From assembly GCA_012295275.1 (NCBI GenBank), contig CM022665.1, positions 13,516,001-13,580,000 on the forward strand: a stretch of 64,000 nucleotides of DNA, read 5' to 3'. Made by a program: the position numbers and the translations under genes. The notes below the pieces were generated by a model. The model saw only the letters and a list, made by a program, of their open reading frames with translations. It did not search any database and was not told where the DNA came from. Within the stretch, counting starts at the first letter, position 1, and each line of letters starts with the position of its first letter. Shown piece after piece: positions 56,565-64,000 of this stretch. Source of the DNA: Chrysomallon squamiferum (taxonomy: Eukaryota > Animalia > Mollusca).

Positions 56565-57432
56565 GCCGCAGTACAACCAGTTCAACAGAGCGATTGTCCT
56601 CTGGCTGTATAGACTATTTGATCCTTTCGTTTGAAACAGTAGTTATGTCGATGAATCATGCATTAATTTTTAAAACTAAGAAAATAAAGTATGATATTGA
56701 TTTTTAAAAAACACAAAAAAACAACAACAACATAAAAGGTAATTTTTCAGTCGTTCAGTTTAGATCAATGCCTCGTCAGCAGAGGTTTTACTGAATATCT
56801 TGCTGTTACTAATAATATTAGCAAATATAAAACGGTCATATAAAAGTGTAACGCATTAAGCTCTGTTTGTTTTGTCAAATCAATCGATTCCTTTTTACCT
56901 GGTTATCTTAATAGCCTGAGGTTCAGTTCACTGGTGTTCATGGGACTTTGTTCTCGTTTTTAAAAATTAAATTTATTGAAACACTGCAGAAATGACACGA
57001 TAAAACACACTATAATAACTATAAAATTAAAACCCAAAGTTTTGTCTTGACAAATATCAATGAAGTTAGATATAAAATGTATTTACCTTTTGTATCTGCA
57101 CTTAAGCTAAATATTCAGAACAAGTTTCTACTGACCAGGCTTAGATCTATTGCAAAGTTCCTCTCAAATTATGCGAGGTTGTTTACTAAATAATGGTTTT
57201 CTTTTTATCGTGTGTTTAACCAAGGCATGGTTAACCTTTTTACGAGAAGATGGCCGCATGAGTAATAGCTCATCATCAGGCGGGCCGCACTAGTAATAAA
57301 TATTATTTTCTTTATGAAATTAGACATGCCATTCAGAAAGCATTGCGGACCGCAATTTTACACATGACATCAACAATGAATTAACGTCATAAAAGAGGGA
57401 ACTGAAGGTAAGTATTTGAATTATGATAGAAC

Positions 57433-57478
<46 letters not shown>

Positions 57479-58004
57479 TAGCAGCGTATTACTAATCTAA
57501 GCCTAGTAGCGTGAAATGAGTAGATCAGTATTTCTACTAACGAATAGGTATCATTTTATCTTCTTCAAAATAATAATTATTATTTGTCTAACCACAAACA
57601 GAAACAATTATAAAAATCAAAAATAATCATTGAATTCATCCATCAAATTACTTGAAAAAAGAATTTTGAATTTTAATTTATTATGTTTTATTATTATTAT
57701 TAAATTATTTTTTTTATCTTATTTATTTGTTGTTGTGGGGTTTTTGTGTTTTTTTTTTTTTTTTTTGAATCATTTGTTTGTTTTTTGTGTTTGTTTATTA
57801 TTTCTGAACTTTTTTGTTTGTTTGTTTGTTTTTTTTTTTTTTTTTTTTTTTACCTTAAATTTAATGGTAGTAAATAGTAAATGTGCACTTTGTAATTCAC
57901 CATAGTGACGTCACACTATTGCTTCATTGTATTTATTTATTTATTTACTGTATGGATCTACAGTTAGTTCTTTCTTTTAATACCTTAAGTTTTAAACGAA
58001 AATG

Positions 58005-58008
<4 letters not shown>

Positions 58009-58071
<63 letters not shown>
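58009..58071. repeat. (CT)n microsatellite
   Basis: Visible run. Confidence 0.95.
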
Positions 58072-58073
<2 letters not shown>

Positions 58074-59562
58074 AATTAAATGATTAAAGAATGCTATGGG
58101 ACGTAACTCCTCTCTATTTAGCCTTCAGATTTTCTTTGAATTACAGTTCCTCAGGGTAATTTAATTAAAATGTAATTTACTAATTAAATATAATTTGTAA
58201 TACAAACTCATCATAATCATCACCATTATTACTGTTAGTAGTAGTAGCTGTTGTTCTAATAGCTGTAATATTAATGGCAGCAGAAGCAGTTGCAGGAGCA
58301 GAAGCAGTTGTAGTAGTAGTAAGTAGTAGTAGTAGTAGTAGCAGTAGTAGTAGTAGTAGTAGCAGCAGCAGCAGCAGTAGTTATAGAAGTAATAGTAGTA
58401 GAAGAACAAATATTAGCGATTTATTACATTATAAAACAGTTTAAATAACTCTGAGTATGAGTCACTCTGTTGCATTATGCACGAACAGTTTTCAGCAATG
58501 ATTCCATGACACTCGATTACTAAGAGTCATAAATTATGAATAATTTTAAACAGGTTTAAATCACATAAAACACTGATTGTAATGATTTACTTTAAGCTTG
58601 GGAATGCCTGTGTAACTGTCTATTCCTGAACAAAACAAAACAAACAAAACAAAAAATAATAATAATAATGGCACTCAACAATATTATTATTTTTACCAGA
58701 AGAGACAGTTACTCAACCAATTCTTTAACGTAATTCTGAGAATATAATTATTATTTTCTGGATGAGTTTAATAAAGAGGTAGTGCTTTATATGGTGTGTA
58801 TATGTAAATAAGAAATTTTATTTGTTTCTATAATTAAGAGTAAGAGTAGTGATAGCTGCAGTAGAATAGCATCAGTTGTTATTAGTAGCAACAGAAGTAA
58901 TACTGTAATAGTAGTGACAGCATAAGAAAAGAGACAGCAATACGATTAGCAGTAATATTAGTGGCTGTAGCTTTGGGAGCAATAGTAATGACAGTGGTAG
59001 TAGTAGCAGGAGTAACAGCAGTAGTAGTAGTAGTTTTTCGCAGATTTATTTCTGTCGGGGGAGGGGAATGGAATGTGAGTAAATAAACATAATTACAAAC
59101 CTATAATGTCAGGAATATAATTAATTAAATTTATTCTGATATCTTCATGTTGGCTAAATATCACACGAACAATACTGCATCAGAGCGACATCCTGCATCT
59201 CTCTGAGAATTAAGACCAAAAGTGAATGTTACGAAAATGTAACATGAAAAATTAATCTTTATTTCAGACAACTAATTACGTTATGTTTTATCGCCGAGCT
59301 GCTGTTAACGGCATCATTTGTAAAAACATCGTCACCGTGTAATACTGCTGGTAATAATACGTAAACATGTTCGTGTTGCAGATAATTACCGCTGGCGTTA
59401 AATTATTAACATTCGTATTTAGAGTGCATGTTAGACTATAAAAGCAAATTCTGAAGAAAAAAAAAGAAAAAAAAAAAAGGATTGGAGAAGATTTAAAAAC
59501 AAAAAAAGAATTAACACTAAAGGTGAATTGCATAAAGAAGACTGATGATTATAACATTATTA

Positions 59563-59619
<57 letters not shown>

Positions 59620-60420
59620 GTTAATATTAAATGCTATTGCAGTACGTAAATAATTAAGTAGAATAACGGTAATAATGATAACAAAAGCAACAACAATAAA
59701 ATAATAATTTTAACAAAATAAATAAATAACATTAATATATTAATAATCGTCGTTCATCATTACAGTACAGAAAATGTCATTTTCCTTGTATCCATAATTG
59801 TATAATGGGAAAAAATATATACAAAAAGCTAAATGTATTTGCCATTAACTTAATTTTAATGTTTGACACAGACGTTTTACTTCCGTTAATGAATTAAAGG
59901 TCATGAAATGTCAAGGGTTGTTTGCTGTTTTCTCATGTTTTATATAATAAGGGATTAAATGTCACTAAATATCACTAACCCAGTTTCTTTTCCACTGTCC
60001 TTTTAGATTTCACGCAGTGAAACACGTGTACTGTCCCTTAATCGAAATAACTCTTCTGTTCTGTTATTTTTGCAACAATATCCTCTACATCTTGTGGTGC
60101 AGTGTATGGTCGCAGGATCAGTCTTCCTTTGTACGCTCTTTTGTCTATTTCCCATTCCAGAAAGTGTCACAAATCCGGTGTTTTAAAGGCTTAAGTGGAT
60201 GGATTCTGGTCAATGAGAAGGCACATATGAAAGATCCGTTCCTGCTAATCAGTACGAATAACTCATGATGTGAAGGCGGCGGTTACTTCACTTATACAGA
60301 GAAACGCAAATCAAGCAGTGATATTAAAATGATCCGAGTTGTCGTTAAATAAATATTTAATTATTCTTTATAGCTTTTATTTCTCTCTTCTGTTCGTAAC
60401 TATATACCTATTTCTACTTA

Positions 60421-60422
<2 letters not shown>

Positions 60423-60502
<80 letters not shown>
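60423..60502. repeat. (CT)n microsatellite
   Basis: Visible run. Confidence 0.95.
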
Positions 60503-60505
<3 letters not shown>

Positions 60506-62532
60506 CCCTTGAGGAAACATAATATCAGTAAATGCGTGTATGTAAAGTGACAGCTCGAAACATTTTCTGTATTAAAATCTATATTAAAATCTAAATAACA
60601 AGTACAGAAAAAGTGAATGGAATATCGCATCTAGATAAAGATAAGCAGAATCGTCATATGGGAATAATGTAAATACATAAGACTGTTACTCTGCTTATAG
60701 ATATTGACATATTTCGAAATGGTTACTGAGATTCCTTAAAGCAATATGAAAGAGATGAAATGGGGAGGGAAAAAATGAAACAGCAATAGAAGATAAAATT
60801 GCCAAAAGTGTCCTTTGTCCGCCCTCCTCCATAAAAATAATTAACGCAGGTAACTGTGTGGACCCCCCCCCCCAAAGGGTCTAATTCAGGTACGTATGTA
60901 CCAGCAATTTTTTATTATTATATTTATTTATTTATTTATTTTTATTATTACTTGTTATTTATTTTATTTTATTTTTTTTTTTTTTTTTATATTTATTTTT
61001 TTTATGTCAGTAATACCGTCTATTTATTTTCCTATTCCAAATTCGAAATATCATTTCCTTTCTCTCATTTTTATTTTCAATTTATTTATTTGATTATTTA
61101 ACTTTTTAAAAATTAAAATTTATTATAATGATATAAAACCAAGAAGATCAACAACAGCAACGGCAACAACAATAATCCTTTCGTACAATGCATATCACAA
61201 CGGTTAAAAGAAATCGGCTATCTCAAGTTACGTCTGAATGCAAAGAAAAGGGGGGAAACAATGTCATCGACAAAGACTGCCTTTCAAGAATCGAGTATTC
61301 GAGGGTTACGAAATTAATTATTTCGAACAACAGAAATGTTCAAAAACAAGTAACTTGACACTGAAAAGTTGATTCTTTACTTCAAGCCAAGTTCATTTAT
61401 CCAATATATCGAAACGGATCGGATTCATGGGTGTAACGGTAATACAGAACACATTGTTATAGTATTCCTACGCGACTCTAAATCAACAATTTAGGAGGCC
61501 GATGAAGCTCTCTCTATCAAAGTTTGGTGATACAGCTGTCCGCCATCGACAGACTCGGTGGGGCATTTTGTTGAAATTTTCCTGGTGTACATATTTAGAA
61601 AATTACAGCAATGTGATGAAATGTGTGGGTGTTTTTGTTCTGTTGGCGATGTCGCGACAGTGTTACGTAGCAAGGGGTAATAAAAACAAAAGTGATCGCA
61701 TCATAGTAGAACATTGTCTTAAGTTACGCTGACGTTTGTATATATTAAAGCAGCTCAGTTTTAAAACATGTTATATTAATTTTATGTCATAAAGGATCTT
61801 TTTTTGTTTGTTTTGAAGCTTTTAACTAACTCGTAAAACAAACGTTAAACCGATATAATTAAACTGGTTCTACTAAACCGATTCAAAACATACAACTAAA
61901 ACAGTTAAATTTTGTAAGCGTGAAAAGTTTAAACTGGTTTATGTATGACAGTCATGCTAATTGCATTTGGATGTCGATATTTCCTGACGTTTTAAACAAT
62001 TCAAGTATAATAATTAAAGCTGTTTAACATTGCGTTTTAAATGCTGCAGCTGTGAAGAATATTTCTTATTCCTCTGTCTGTCATCTAGTTAGGCTACTTG
62101 TTTGTAATTTCTCACAGTGTAATCGGTATTGTCCTCTCTTTTCTTTTTCTTTCCCAATTTTTTTCTTTTTTATTTTTTTCCCTCGGCCATTTTTAACCTA
62201 TACTACTAATTCTTGTATTGTGTCGCAATTTGTTTGTAATTCTTTTTTTTTTTTTTTTTTTTTTTTAAATATTTCATCCAATTTGTTGGAACCACTCAGG
62301 GACAGTTGTTACGGACAAACAATTTCGGATTATGGATGGTCTAGTTATTTTTCTGAGTTAGTATTCTCATGGGGGAATTATTTCTTCCGTGACTGCTTGG
62401 TATTACTCCCCCAAATTTTAGTTTTTATGTGATGTCAAACAGCAAAATTGACAGTTAAATAAATATAAGTTAACAAAATGGAAAAAAGAAGAAAAAAGAT
62501 GTTAGTTATAACTAGAAGAAAAAAAAAAACTC

Positions 62533-62643
<111 letters not shown>

Positions 62644-63597
62644 CAGCAGCAGTAGCAAGAAAGTGCACGTTGAGACAGAGGGAAAGAGAAAGCAACAAAT
62701 TTGGAGAGAAAATATTCTGTGGGATAAAGACCTATGGACAGTTCGGGAGTGAAAATAAGATAGAAAAAAAAGTCACACACTTCAAGTAATTAGTGTCATC
62801 CTGTAATCTTCATTTTGTTACTAACTTAATATAGCACATTGCAGTTTGTTACTAGTGACTGTAACGTAAATTTCAGTAACTGTTTCGAATGTGTCCAAAC
62901 AAATAAATAGTAATAATTTTCTCTTCTTCGTCATCTTTTCTTCTTCGTTTTATTATTATTATTAACGGTAATAGTAGTTTATGTTGTAGTAGTATATGTT
63001 TGACGCAACAGTCGAAGTTCCAGCAGCAGAAACAATCCCGTCAGTTAAATTTTTATTTATTTTAAAAACAAATCCTATTCCACTCCATTTGTCAATCACC
63101 ATATTCATTCATCAGTTTTCAGTTTGTAGTTAAGCAACAGAAATAAATGTTTTTAACTTCTTCTTCTTTCTTTTTTTCCTACACGCACGAATACGTTCAC
63201 ACGTACCATTCAAATGTCCGTAAACCTCAATAAAATATCTCGGTAATCAGATTTCTTTGAATTCCGGTCTATTTTCTGTTTCTGATGCCTGTCGTGTATT
63301 TTCGGTAGTCGATAAGTGTTATCTTATATCTGTGATTTAAAACACACAATTGGTACAAATTATGTTCATCTGTTGAATACGTTTTGATAACAAGTATCAG
63401 AATGTGTCTAGAGAACACGCAGTTTTTTTTTATCTAATAGTTACGCTGAAGATAGGCAGCTATTTAATATAGAATGCGGTGCTAAAGTTTTTCAATGTTT
63501 CCCATAATCCAAATTTTACTTAATTTACTCAAAAATTTGATGACATGATTAATTTATATAAATTGTATTTCGTGATTGTGATTTTTTTTTTTTTACA

Positions 63598-63600
<3 letters not shown>

Positions 63601-63678
<78 letters not shown>
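63601..63678. repeat. (CT)n microsatellite
   Basis: Visible run. Confidence 0.95.
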
Positions 63679-63681
<3 letters not shown>

Positions 63682-64000
63682 CTCTGTCTGCCTTTCTCTC
63701 TCGAACACACTTACATACAGACTCTACGCATGGAGCCAATTTATTAATAACGTATTCAAATCATTTCTCCGAGAACGCAGGCTCAAATACCCGTGATGGT
63801 ACACGCGTGTGCAAAACACATTCTCGTAGACTGGGGAAGACAGATTGAAACCTGGCACTGTTATACGATAAACACGCAGCACGAGAAATTAGATCACTGC
63901 TATACTTGCGTTTTGATAGCTCGTCTTTGCACGTATGGTTTTGTTTTTAAAGTGGCAACGGAGGTATTAAATTAAGCAACAGAATTTTATGTGAGAAAGA

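Noticed and set aside
57221-57360. hAT-Charlie-like terminus with GGCCGCA motifs; also a Harbinger-like end near 44140
   Set aside because: Only one end is visible, with no matching TIR or TSD.
60030-60245. Minus-strand stretch (HFLEWEIDKRAYKGRLILRPYTAPQDVEDIVAKI) vaguely like a Tc1/mariner transposase C-terminus
   Set aside because: Stops and frameshifts, no clear DDE motif or TIRs; needs tBLASTx to support.

Overview
AT-rich, microsatellite-dense animal genomic DNA with spliced genes. The gene content and repeat style suggest a lophotrochozoan, probably a mollusc (inference only). Manual splicing gives five genes. (1) The 3' portion of androglobin (ADGB, + strand, 603-26173), with the circularly permuted globin split by an IQ motif, one U12-type minor intron, candidate microexons and two paralogous alternative terminal exons. 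(2) A two-exon orphan gene (- strand, 28766-30168) with a Cys/His cluster. (3) A four-exon prostanoid-receptor-like class A GPCR (+, 32669-35047) that lacks the family's ligand-binding Arg. (4) An eight-exon secreted astacin metalloprotease (+, 38640-52207) with an unusual astacin / C-type lectin / kringle / polybasic-repeat architecture and an in-frame stop inside its tail repeat. (5) LYRM2 (-, 54825-56564), which is absent from the ORF track. Also present: three MITE-like DNA transposons, a foldback hairpin, local tandem duplications and a sharp CpG-poor to CpG-rich transition near 28.6 kb. Most ORFs in the supplied track are microsatellite or antisense artefacts. No rRNA, tRNA or CRISPR was seen. 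Comparisons to human proteins are from memory, not from a run alignment.
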